From: Alteromonadaceae bacterium
Lineage (GTDB): Bacteria; Pseudomonadota; Gammaproteobacteria; Enterobacterales; Alteromonadaceae
DNA: 64,000 nt
Reading direction: 5' to 3'
NCBI GenBank assembly: GCA_965248545.1
Contig: OZ252110.1
Coordinates: 1,270,224 to 1,334,223, forward strand
The notes below the pieces were generated by a model, which worked only from the letters and a program-made list of their open reading frames with translations, did no database searches and was not told the origin of the DNA. The first letter of the stretch is position 1; every line of letters begins with the position of its first letter. This document shows, piece by piece, positions 46,342 to 55,217 of the stretch. The position numbers were made by a program, and so were the translations under genes.

Positions 46342-46941
46342 TTAATAAAAACTGACTTCGTCTAATTCAAAATCGAATTCACCTGGCTGCAGTCCGAAAG
46401 CCACAATACTCAAACTATTAACCGTCTTGGGATTCAATGCAGTCTGTTCTGACCACATGCGTTTCATAGAATCGAAAGGTACCTTAACTTCGTGAAATTC
46501 ACCGTCGCTGCGTAAGACAACTTGTGCTGCGTGGTAATCAAAATTGGTTACTTCATTGCTGTTTGCTGACAATGACAAACTACCGCTATTCAGTTTTACC
46601 AGTAAGCGCACGCCTTGGTACTCGCTTAAATCCGGCGCTTCACCCATAGGTGCAAGTGGCAGAACCGAACTAGCCCAACCAGGTTGACCACGAGGAGGGG
46701 TTATCTTACCGGTTACATGCATAACACCACTGTGGACTTTCGTTTCAGATTGGGAGCCGCCACCCGCCATAGCATCAGTCATAAAAATGCGGTCAAACCC
46801 ATAACTGTTCTGTGTAGCGCTATCAAACGCATCCACAACTGCAGTTCCAGCAAACGCAGTTGATACCAGTGCGCTAGAAATTAGCACAGCTGTGCTGACG
46901 GTTTTCATCGTGTGACACAATTTTGTGAATGTCGTTTTCAT
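46342..46941 (-). CDS. Exported CIA30-family (carbohydrate-binding-module-like) protein
   Basis: Signal peptide from ATG 46941, MTDAMAGGGS, GWASS, DLSEYQGVRL, VKVPFDSM, FELDEV. Confidence 0.8.
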   Translation of the reverse strand: MKTTFTKLCHTMKTVSTAVLISSALVSTAFAGTAVVDAFDSATQNSYGFDRIFMTDAMAGGGSQSETKVHSGVMHVTGKITPPRGQPGWASSVLPLAPMGEAPDLSEYQGVRLLVKLNSGSLSLSANSNEVTNFDYHAAQVVLRSDGEFHEVKVPFDSMKRMWSEQTALNPKTVNSLSIVAFGLQPGEFDFELDEVSFY

Positions 46942-47025
46942 CTTTTGTATTCCTCTTGTTGCATAACGTTGTTTAATGAGTCGAAAGCGACGCAGTGCGC
47001 TTTTTTTCGCTTCGTTGCTATACAA

Positions 47026-47055
47026 GTGCCAAGGTCAAATCTAAAGGTGACAAAT
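47026..47055 (-). promoter_or_regulatory. Candidate ECF sigma promoter of the CIA30 operon
   Basis: Minus strand ATT-TGTCAC-CTTTAGATTTGACCTT(16 nt)-GGCAC; twin of 48885-48914. Confidence 0.65.
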
Positions 47056-47078
47056 TTTTTTAATTTTTTTTGTTTTGC

Positions 47079-47105
47079 TGTCCCCATCCGCAGTGTTTGA
47101 TCGTT
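47079..47105 (+). promoter_or_regulatory. Candidate ECF (ECF42-like) promoter of the YciI gene
   Basis: TGTCCC-17 nt-CGTT, about 50 bp before the ATG. Confidence 0.4.
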
Positions 47106-47156
47106 TAGTCATTGCATTACATGCTATTTTTAAACACAAAAAGATGAGGATAAAAC

Positions 47157-47507
47157 ATGAACGATTACGTACTTTTATACCAAGGTGGAGATCCTGATTG
47201 GGCTGCAAATACCTCTCCTGAAGAGATGCAAGCCTCTATGGCGAAATGGGAGGAATGGATGACTCAATTGAGCGCTCAAGGTAAGTTAGTATCCGGTGGT
47301 GACCCATTGCATTATGCCGGCAAGCGAGTCACCGCTGATGGTGTCGCAACCGACATTGCTGCATCAGAACTGAAAGAACTTGTCAGTGGCTATTCCATCG
47401 TTAAAACCGCGACTTTAGAAGACGCTGTGGAGATTGCAAAAACATGTCCCATTATGGATTACCCCGATATCGTGGTTGAGGTTAGACAAGTTTTCAGGAT
47501 GGATTAA
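47157..47507 (+). CDS. YciI/DGPF-family protein
   Basis: YVLLY, GKLVSGGDPL, KELVSGYSIV, LEDAVEIAKTCP, VEVRQV. GAGGA precedes the ATG. Confidence 0.85.
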   Translation: MNDYVLLYQGGDPDWAANTSPEEMQASMAKWEEWMTQLSAQGKLVSGGDPLHYAGKRVTADGVATDIAASELKELVSGYSIVKTATLEDAVEIAKTCPIMDYPDIVVEVRQVFRMD

Positions 47508-48764
47508 TCACACCTTTATCTGCCGAACTAAAGTGTTGAAATCCAGCTGTGGCAGGCCTGCCTGCCTAGCTTTATCAGCATATGCGAGGGCAGTTTCACG
47601 CTGCCCTCGCTTCCAATTGATGTAAGCCAAGGTTGCAAAGTAATGCCCTTTTATTGCGTCATATTCGATGAATTCATTTTCGTCGAGTAATGCCAATGCG
47701 TCCCGTACGTCACCCATTTCCGTCATTGCAACTGCCGCGCTTAAAAGATTTAGCGCTGAGGGATTAATGTTCAATAGCACCTTATAGTGCTGCACGATGG
47801 TCTGCCATTGGGTTTGCGCAAACTCTGTGGCTCGGCAGTGCTCAAAGGCAATTAACGCTTCCAATAAATAAACCGATGGCGTGCTATTCGCGCTGTCCAG
47901 CGCTCTTTGTAACAATGACATACCCAGTTTTAAATGAGGTGCCAGCCAAGTGCTTCGGTCTTGCTCCATCAAAGTCAGTGGCAAGCCCCTGATATCAAAA
48001 CGACTCGGTAAGCGGGCGTAGTGCAAGTGCATCAACGCTGTAAGAGAAAGTGACTCAGCATTGCGAAAGCGCGGCTCACTAATGATTAAGCGCATAAAGC
48101 CTAGCGCAGATGCGCAGATATCATTTCGACTCGCCGGATTCGGATTGTGTGCACTTATCCCCTCATTAAACAGCAGATATAGACATTGATGGACTCGGTC
48201 CAGAGCGGCGGGCAATTCGTCGTCACATGGAATCTCGAATTGCACCTCAACGAGTTGCCGTTTTGCTCGTGATAAACGCTTTTTTATGGTCTCAGGCTTA
48301 GACAACAAGGCTCGTGCGATAGCATCGACATTCATGCCACACAAGATCTTAAGTGCTAGAGGCAAACGTTGCGCGGCAGACAGCTCAGTACTGCTTAACC
48401 AAAACAAAAGTCGCAGTTGGTCGTCTTGTACCAGTTGTTCGGAAAAAGCCGACTCCATCGCATGTGACAATGTCCATTCACTTTGCAATGTGGGTAAGAC
48501 GGCGTGATTCAAAATGTGCTGGCGTTTATTGTGTTGCCGCAAGTGATCGATTGCCGCGCGTTTTGCCGTGAGTTTCAGCCATGCCGCAGGGGCTTCTGGT
48601 AAACCATCTGCTTCCCAGTGCTGTAGCGCTTTACTAAATGCTTCTTGAACAAGATCTTCTGCGAGGGCTAGATTGGACGGCCCCAGTACGCGCAGCAAAG
48701 TAGCAAGAACTTTACTCGCCTCCTGCTGATACAAGTCATTAATTGTGTCTTGGATGCTAAGCAT
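47508..48764 (-). CDS. ECF sigma factor with C-terminal DUF6596/TPR extension (ECF42-like)
   Basis: LAEDLVQEAF..AL..W, sigma-4 region ETIKKRLSRAK, VHQCLYLLFNEG, YLLEALIAFEH, TPR-like end. AGGTG precedes ATG 48764. Confidence 0.85.
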   Translation of the reverse strand: MLSIQDTINDLYQQEASKVLATLLRVLGPSNLALAEDLVQEAFSKALQHWEADGLPEAPAAWLKLTAKRAAIDHLRQHNKRQHILNHAVLPTLQSEWTLSHAMESAFSEQLVQDDQLRLLFWLSSTELSAAQRLPLALKILCGMNVDAIARALLSKPETIKKRLSRAKRQLVEVQFEIPCDDELPAALDRVHQCLYLLFNEGISAHNPNPASRNDICASALGFMRLIISEPRFRNAESLSLTALMHLHYARLPSRFDIRGLPLTLMEQDRSTWLAPHLKLGMSLLQRALDSANSTPSVYLLEALIAFEHCRATEFAQTQWQTIVQHYKVLLNINPSALNLLSAAVAMTEMGDVRDALALLDENEFIEYDAIKGHYFATLAYINWKRGQRETALAYADKARQAGLPQLDFNTLVRQIKV

Positions 48765-48884
48765 ACACCTGCTGACGTTCACAAATATTCAGTGCGTTTC
48801 GCTATCCTATCAGCTATTTCACCGTCATATCAGCATAAGATGTGCAGTCGAGTTGGGCATGCAACGCAAAAATAAATTAACTAT

Positions 48885-48914
48885 ATTTGTCACCTTTATT
48901 GGCAAATGCGGCAC
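48885..48914 (+). promoter_or_regulatory. Candidate autoregulated ECF promoter
   Basis: ATT-TGTCAC-CTTTATTGGCAAATGC(16 nt)-GGCAC, 30 bp before ATG 48945; twin of 47026-47055. Confidence 0.65.
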
Positions 48915-48944
48915 ATACTGTTAAACGATCATAGAGTGAAAACC

Positions 48945-50558
48945 ATGAACCTATTTTCTAAAGCCGGCTCCGACATCGATGACGCTACACTGGTGATGCA
49001 CTCACTCGGCGGGGATCGTGACGCATTTTGTGAAATCGTCACTCGTTACCAAACCTTGTTGTGCTCCATCGCCTACTCCTCAGTGGGCGACATAAAACAC
49101 AGTGAAGACATAGCTCAAGAGGCTTTTGTAGAGGCCTGGCGCAAGCTTGATACACTCAAGGACCCAGCCAAACTCAAATCGTGGCTATGCGGGATTTTGC
49201 GCTTTAAGGTCAGTCGTTTTAGGCGCAAAGAGGTCGGCCAGCCCGCTTCCGATCTCAATGACGTACAAGAGCAGACGTTAGCAGACCACGCCGCTCCCAA
49301 CATGGATCAAAGTGCGATTGAACAGCAGCAACAAGTCCTATTGTGGAAAGCACTCGATGGCATGGATGCAACCTATCGAGAACCTTTAGTATTGTTTTAC
49401 CGTGAGCAGCGCTCTATCGAGCGAGTCGCAGCAGAGCTTGAACTTACCGAAGATACGGTAAAACAGCGATTGTCTCGAGGTCGGAAGCTGCTAAAACAAG
49501 CGATGAGTGTCTTTGTGGAAGATGCACTTGAGAAAACTAAACCAGGTGTTGCATTCACTACGGGCGTGTTGGCAGCGATTAGCTCAATTTCCCCACCGGC
49601 AAAAGCCGCAGTTCTAGGCGCAGGCGCAGCCAAAACCAGTAGTATGTTCAGTGGCGCCACAATCATTGCGATACTAGCCTCGACTTCTGGTTTAATTAGC
49701 GGTTTTTTCGGACTGCGCTCAAGCCTAGATCAATCCAGAACTGAGCAAGAACGTCAATTAACGAAAAAAGTTGTCGCTCTGTTTATCCTGTCCGCTGTGT
49801 TATTTGTTGGCGGCGTTTTCGGACTGCGGCAATTGGCGCTCTTGCATCAAGAGCAAACGTGGCTTTACGCTTTAGGTGCTCAAATTGTGGTAGCCGGTTT
49901 CATAGTGAGCTACTTCGTACTGGTCTCGCGCGCCTTTGGCGCCATCAAAAATCAACGCGCACACGAACGAATTTTCAATCCCGATGCGTTTAAAGCAGAA
50001 GTCGATCAAGTAAATGCCAAACAACGCGAGTACAAAAGTGCGTTCCAGTTATTTGGTGTTCCGCTTGTTCATTTTCAATTTGGCATGCCCGAGGTGACCG
50101 ACAAGCCCGCGTTCGGTTGGATTGCCGGAGGTACATACGCAAGAGGATTATTATTCGCGTGGGGCGGTGTGGCAATCGCGCCTGTGAGTGTGGGTATTAT
50201 TTCCTATGGAATATTCACTATCGGCGCTGTTGGGATCGGCATTTTTAGTGCAAGCGCTGTGGCAGTCGGGATCGTCGGCTTCGGCAGCGCTGCAATTGGA
50301 TATAAGGCTTATTCTTCTCTGTCTTCACTGGGTTGGGAGAGTGCCTTTAGCAATGGTTTTTCAATCGCCAAAGACGCGGCTATTGGGCCGATTGCCTTTG
50401 CACAAGAAGTCAATAATGAAGCAGCCGCACAATTGTCCAACCTGACCACATTGGATAATGTCTATCAATGGGTGCTCGCAACCATCGCGATACTTGTTAT
50501 TATTCCGTCAATCTGGCATTCAACTAAGGTTCGCAAACGCATGAAGCTTGACAAATAG
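48945..50558 (+). CDS. ECF sigma factor fused to a multi-pass, Gly-rich membrane extension
   Basis: Sigma-2 SEDIAQEAFVEAW...SWLCGILR and sigma-4 YREPLVLFY...TVKQRLSRGR, then at least 4-5 hydrophobic segments and REYKS..LFGVPLVH plus Gly-rich repeats. Confidence 0.85.
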   Translation: MNLFSKAGSDIDDATLVMHSLGGDRDAFCEIVTRYQTLLCSIAYSSVGDIKHSEDIAQEAFVEAWRKLDTLKDPAKLKSWLCGILRFKVSRFRRKEVGQPASDLNDVQEQTLADHAAPNMDQSAIEQQQQVLLWKALDGMDATYREPLVLFYREQRSIERVAAELELTEDTVKQRLSRGRKLLKQAMSVFVEDALEKTKPGVAFTTGVLAAISSISPPAKAAVLGAGAAKTSSMFSGATIIAILASTSGLISGFFGLRSSLDQSRTEQERQLTKKVVALFILSAVLFVGGVFGLRQLALLHQEQTWLYALGAQIVVAGFIVSYFVLVSRAFGAIKNQRAHERIFNPDAFKAEVDQVNAKQREYKSAFQLFGVPLVHFQFGMPEVTDKPAFGWIAGGTYARGLLFAWGGVAIAPVSVGIISYGIFTIGAVGIGIFSASAVAVGIVGFGSAAIGYKAYSSLSSLGWESAFSNGFSIAKDAAIGPIAFAQEVNNEAAAQLSNLTTLDNVYQWVLATIAILVIIPSIWHSTKVRKRMKLDK

Positions 50559-51745
50559 TGCCGCAACTCACATACAAGGAATGCTGTTTACCGATGCTAT
50601 CTCAGCCGCAAAACATTGAAGATTTAACGACCCCGTGCTGCCTCATTGATAAGGCAAAAATGCAACGCAATATCGCTCGCCTCGCTGAGCACACAGGCCG
50701 CTTGGGCTGCAAAATCAGGCCGCATGTCAAAACGCATAAATCTATCGAAGTGGCGAAATGCATTGAAGCGGGCGGCAATGTAGCAGGGATCACCGTATCG
50801 ACACTGCAAGAAGCGCAACACTTTTTTGCTCACGGTTATCACGACATCCTGTACGCTGTCGGGATCGTACCGAACAAACTGTCGACGGTTGCCAATCTGA
50901 TTGAACAAGGCTGTGACCTCAAAATTGTGTTGGATAATCCAGCCATGGCGCAATTAGTAGTGGCCAAAGCAAACCAGTTTAGTTGTCGCTTCAAGGTACT
51001 AATCGAACTCGACACCGATGGGCATCGCTCTGGTATCGAGCCGCGCAGTCAGGCGTTACTAGACGTTGCGGAGCAATTGGCAAAAGCGCCCAACATCGAG
51101 TTACTCGGTGTCATGACTCACGCTGGTGAGTCGTATACCTGCTTCACGTCAGATGCTCAACTCAAAATGGCAAAACAAGAGCGCGACCTTTCTTTGCTCG
51201 CAGCTGAGCGGTTGCGCGCCGCGGGTTACCCATGCCCAGTGGTATCGATAGGCTCTACACCAACCGCCTTTGCGATAGATGACCTAACCGGAATAACGGA
51301 AGTGCGTGCCGGCGTTTATGTGTTTTTCGACTTAGTGATGGCTGGGTTAGGTGTTTGTAACGCGGCCGATGTCGCTATCAGTGTGCTCGCCAGTGTCATT
51401 GGTTATCAAGAAGATAAGAATTGGGTCATTACCGACGCAGGTTGGATGGCTATGTCTCGCGATCGCGGAACATCGAATCACTCTGTCGACCAAGGCTATG
51501 GTCTAGTTTGCGACGCCAGTGGTAAATCGTTGGATACCTACATCGTCAGTAGTGCCAACCAAGAACACGGTATTATTGCCAACAGAGAAACCAAACAGGA
51601 CACAGACTATTCTCTGTTTCCACTGGCTTCTCACATACGTGTTTTACCCAATCACGCGTGTTCAACGGCAGCGCAATTTAGCCATCTATATATCATTGAA
51701 GATGGTAAAGTTGTCGACCAATGGCCGTTGACCCGCGGTTGGTAA
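50558..51745 (+). CDS. Fold-type III PLP enzyme, DSD1-type D-serine dehydratase / D-threonine aldolase family
   Basis: TPCCLID, RPHVKTHK (PLP Lys), GVMTHAG, SIGSTPT, EVRAGVYVFFD, NQEHG, PNHAC metal site. Start overlaps the ECF stop; 50591 is an alternative start. Confidence 0.9.
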   Translation: MPQLTYKECCLPMLSQPQNIEDLTTPCCLIDKAKMQRNIARLAEHTGRLGCKIRPHVKTHKSIEVAKCIEAGGNVAGITVSTLQEAQHFFAHGYHDILYAVGIVPNKLSTVANLIEQGCDLKIVLDNPAMAQLVVAKANQFSCRFKVLIELDTDGHRSGIEPRSQALLDVAEQLAKAPNIELLGVMTHAGESYTCFTSDAQLKMAKQERDLSLLAAERLRAAGYPCPVVSIGSTPTAFAIDDLTGITEVRAGVYVFFDLVMAGLGVCNAADVAISVLASVIGYQEDKNWVITDAGWMAMSRDRGTSNHSVDQGYGLVCDASGKSLDTYIVSSANQEHGIIANRETKQDTDYSLFPLASHIRVLPNHACSTAAQFSHLYIIEDGKVVDQWPLTRGW

Positions 51746-51753
51746 CCGAGATT

Positions 51754-53163
51754 TTAGCGCCCCTGTAGAAAGGTGATTTGCTCACTGATATCAACGCCTT
51801 CAGCATCGGTCACTCGGATCTTAAAACGCGTGACCGCTGCATTTAATGTCGCCGGATCAACCACAAGAGAGAGTGGATAGCGAGCCAGCTCACTGGCAGG
51901 TACCACAACTTCCTTAGGTCCATTGAACGCGATAAGATTGAGATCCTGAATACTGATAGTGAATTGTTGCGCTTGCTGCGTTTTATTGCGAATAATCAGT
52001 GTGTAGACGTTCTCGATATGCCCTTCAAATGTCTCACGATACAGGGCCGTGCGATCACGGATGATATCGATATCGTGATTATTTCTAGATGCGATATCAA
52101 ACACTAATGCAGCACTCATGATCAACAGCACACTGAAATAGCCGATCACCTTAGGACGCAATAATTTGGCAGATTGCCCGAATGTCGCGTTTTCCGAACG
52201 ATAGGCAATTAAGTCTTTTGCGTAGCCCATCTTATCCATGACACCATTGCACGCATCCACACAAGCTCCGCAGTTTATACATTCATATTGCAGGCCATTG
52301 CGGATATCAATTCCCGTCGGGCAAACCTGCACGCAAAGATTACAGTCGATACAATCTCCGAGTCCCTGTTGCTGATACACCTGCTGTGGCATTTTTCGAG
52401 GACGCGGCCCTCTCCCCTCTCCTCGCTTGCTATTATAAGTAACAGTCAAAGTATCACTGTCAAACATCGATGATTGAAAGCGCGCGTAAGGGCACATGTG
52501 CGTACACATGATTTCTCGCATCCAACCGGCGTTGATGTAGGTGCAAAAGGCGAAGAAAACCACGTAGAACGTGGGCCAAAATGCTAATTCAAAAGTCGCG
52601 ATATCGATGAAAACCTGTTGGATAGGCACAAAGTAACCGACAAACGTCATGGAGGTTAGCGCGGCAATCGCGAGCCAAATAGCATGCTTGGTAGCTTTTT
52701 TGATGACTTTCTGGGCGGAGTTAGGTTGCTTGTCGAGCATGATGCGCTTGTTTCTAGCACCTTCAACTTTTTCTTCAACCCAGACAAACAAAAAGGTGAA
52801 CACCGTTTGTGGACACATAAACCCACACCACACACGCCCCCAAATGGCTGTGACAACAAACAAAGCAAACGCGGCAACAATAAACAACCAAGCGAGCAAG
52901 GTTAAGTCTTGCGGCCACAAGGTTAAGCCAAACAAATGGAAACGTTGGGCAGCAAAATCAAACAGGATGGCTTGGTGACCATCGAAGGTTAGCCAAGGTA
53001 GAAGCGCGAATAGAGCCAGAAACAACAGACCAAACCAACGTCGAAATACTTCAATCGTGCCCTTGACCGACCTAATGTAGATTTTGTTGGATAGCGCCGC
53101 TACTGTTGCAGCTGGTTTGGCATCCGTAACGTCGACAATTTTTATTGGCTGACCGATAGACAT
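51754..53163 (-). CDS. ccoG: CcoG/FixG/RdxA family 4Fe-4S membrane protein
   Basis: GRVWCGFMCPQT, CTHMCPYARFQ, CIDCNLCVQVCPTGIDIRNGLQYECINCGACVDAC, C-terminal Ig-like FixG domain. Confidence 0.95.
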   Translation of the reverse strand: MSIGQPIKIVDVTDAKPAATVAALSNKIYIRSVKGTIEVFRRWFGLLFLALFALLPWLTFDGHQAILFDFAAQRFHLFGLTLWPQDLTLLAWLFIVAAFALFVVTAIWGRVWCGFMCPQTVFTFLFVWVEEKVEGARNKRIMLDKQPNSAQKVIKKATKHAIWLAIAALTSMTFVGYFVPIQQVFIDIATFELAFWPTFYVVFFAFCTYINAGWMREIMCTHMCPYARFQSSMFDSDTLTVTYNSKRGEGRGPRPRKMPQQVYQQQGLGDCIDCNLCVQVCPTGIDIRNGLQYECINCGACVDACNGVMDKMGYAKDLIAYRSENATFGQSAKLLRPKVIGYFSVLLIMSAALVFDIASRNNHDIDIIRDRTALYRETFEGHIENVYTLIIRNKTQQAQQFTISIQDLNLIAFNGPKEVVVPASELARYPLSLVVDPATLNAAVTRFKIRVTDAEGVDISEQITFLQGR

Positions 53164-53220
53164 GTTGCACCCTGGACCTATTGAATTTGCACGCGCATAG
53201 TTTAGGATGTGAACCCAAAG

Positions 53221-53256
53221 GGTACAGGTACAGTTTTGTAAAACATAATGGGTACA
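53221..53256. promoter_or_regulatory. GGTACA repeats in the ccoG/MocR divergent promoter
   Basis: GGTACA at 53221, 53227 and 53251. Confidence 0.4.
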
Positions 53257-54702
53257 AAAAAAATTCTCTCCCCACCGCTAAGCACCCACAAATACCAGTG
53301 GTTAGCCGCGCAACTTGAACAGCTCGTTGCCCACGGACTCAAGCCCGGTGACAAATTACCCTCTATACGCAAGTTGGTAGCCCAATATCACTTATCCAAG
53401 AATACTGTGATTCAAGCACTGCATGAGTTGGAAACCAAAGGCCTCATCGACGCCAAACCCAAAAGCGGTTACACCGTTCGTATTCAACAATACGTACGCC
53501 CGCCTTCAGAGCCTGCGTTTAACAACATTCAGCCATCCAAAGTGACCGTTCCAGAGTTACTTCAGGATGTCATCGTTAGAGGCGCTGCATTTGACATAAG
53601 ACCAACTGAAACGCCAACCCAATTACCCGGTCTAATGACCAAGCTGCACCGTAATATCAATCGCAGTATGCGCTCTCAAGTAACGCGCAAATCACTCTAT
53701 TACGATGACCCTCAGGGACAAGTAACGCTGCGTGAAGAGATATCACTGCATTATCGCTATCGCGACGTGCAGCTCTCTGCAGATGAAATATGTATAACAG
53801 GTGGGTGCCAACACAGCCTGCTGTTAGCACTCATGGCTACGTGTAAAGCGGGTGACAATGTGGCGATTGAATCACCCGGTTTTTACGGCGTTATTCAATT
53901 GCTCGACAAACTTGGTTTGCACGCTATCGAAATACCCAGCCATAGCACGAATGGCATAGCGGTTGACGTGCTTGAGGAGGTACTGGACAAGTTTGACGTT
54001 ACTGCATGTGTTGTTAGCCCCTGTTTTTCGACACCAAGTGGGGCCTGTATGTCTTTGGAGGATAAACGGCGTTTGATCGAACTGGCTAATCAGCACGACC
54101 TCGCCGTGATCGAAGATGACATCTACGGCGACCTCAGTTTTGAGCAGCCTTTGGCGCCAATTAAGTCTTTGGACACGCAAGAACGCGTGATTTTGTGCGG
54201 TTCATTTTCAAAGTCGTTGTCACGTGATTTGCGCCTGGGTTGGATAATGGCTGCGCGCTGGCAATCCGAAATCGTGCGTTTAAGTGTTCTCAGCCACATT
54301 GCCAACAGCCAAGCAATTCAAACAGGTTTGTACTGGTTTATGCGCGATGGTGACTACAATCGATATCTGTATCAGTTTCGACACCAGCTGTTGCGCCAAA
54401 AGAATCAGATGGAGGGTGCTCTCCAACGTTTTTGGCACAACGATATCCGCTTCTCCCATCCCAAAGGAGGGCTCTCCCTATGGGTTGAACTGCACCACTC
54501 AGTCGATACGCTCAAACTATATACGGCCGCCCTGCCACACCGTATCTTGATCACGCCGGGAGCATTGTTCAGTGTAGAGCAAGACTTTTCAAACTTTATG
54601 CGCTTGAGTTTTTGTCACCCAACAGAGGGCGCAAGAGAGGCCGCATTGCAGAAATTGCAGGTGTTAAGTAAACAACAAGTATCAAATTTGTCGTTCACCT
54701 AA
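53248..54702 (+). CDS. MocR (GntR plus PLP aminotransferase domain) transcriptional regulator
   Basis: GDKLPSIR wHTH, AKPKSGY, ITGGCQ, ESPGF, IEDDIY, GSFSKSLSRDLRLGW. Confidence 0.95.
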   Translation: MGTKKILSPPLSTHKYQWLAAQLEQLVAHGLKPGDKLPSIRKLVAQYHLSKNTVIQALHELETKGLIDAKPKSGYTVRIQQYVRPPSEPAFNNIQPSKVTVPELLQDVIVRGAAFDIRPTETPTQLPGLMTKLHRNINRSMRSQVTRKSLYYDDPQGQVTLREEISLHYRYRDVQLSADEICITGGCQHSLLLALMATCKAGDNVAIESPGFYGVIQLLDKLGLHAIEIPSHSTNGIAVDVLEEVLDKFDVTACVVSPCFSTPSGACMSLEDKRRLIELANQHDLAVIEDDIYGDLSFEQPLAPIKSLDTQERVILCGSFSKSLSRDLRLGWIMAARWQSEIVRLSVLSHIANSQAIQTGLYWFMRDGDYNRYLYQFRHQLLRQKNQMEGALQRFWHNDIRFSHPKGGLSLWVELHHSVDTLKLYTAALPHRILITPGALFSVEQDFSNFMRLSFCHPTEGAREAALQKLQVLSKQQVSNLSFT

Positions 54703-54803
54703 CCCAGCAACGCCACAGATAAACAGCTTTTGAGATAAGTTCTGCATCGTGCGCAAAAACTTTTAACTCACTGTATTTATTAAATTTTATGCGGTTAAAA
54801 AAG

Positions 54804-54824
54804 TCTGAAACTAGCAGTTTCAGA
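54804..54824. promoter_or_regulatory. Perfect 9-3-9 inverted repeat, candidate operator
   Basis: TCTGAAACT-AGC-AGTTTCAGA, 77 bp upstream of ATG 54902. Confidence 0.5.
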
Positions 54825-54901
54825 TAACTTCAGTAATCGTTGATTGCAAAAAAGTGGCTATCGCTCACCATGGCCCGGCAACTTTTCACAAGGAGAGCAA
54901 C

Positions 54902-55198
54902 ATGGAAAACCGTAAAACAAAATCTTTCTACATGGGCGTGATCGCCGTCGCTGCAGTGGCTTTCATTTCTGGATGTCAAAGTAGTCAAACCGCTTCTTCG
55001 TCTTCAGGCTCAAACAGAGCAGCTGCACTAGACGACGATGATGGTGTAATATGTAAAATGGAGAAGCGCGTAGGCTCAAATATGATGACTCGCGTATGTC
55101 GCACAGCTGAGCAGCGCGCTGCCCAAGAAGAAGCAGCTCGTGAAGGTATGCTTCGCCTACAAGGTGGAAGCATGACTACTGGAGCGGATGGCGAATAA
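54902..55198 (+). CDS. Small lipoprotein with a Cys pair
   Basis: AAGGAG precedes ATG 54902. Lipobox ISGC, then CKMEKRVGSNMMTRVC. Confidence 0.8.
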   Translation: MENRKTKSFYMGVIAVAAVAFISGCQSSQTASSSSGSNRAAALDDDDGVICKMEKRVGSNMMTRVCRTAEQRAAQEEAAREGMLRLQGGSMTTGADGE

Positions 55199-55217
55199 TT
55201 AAGTTCAGGTAAACTCA

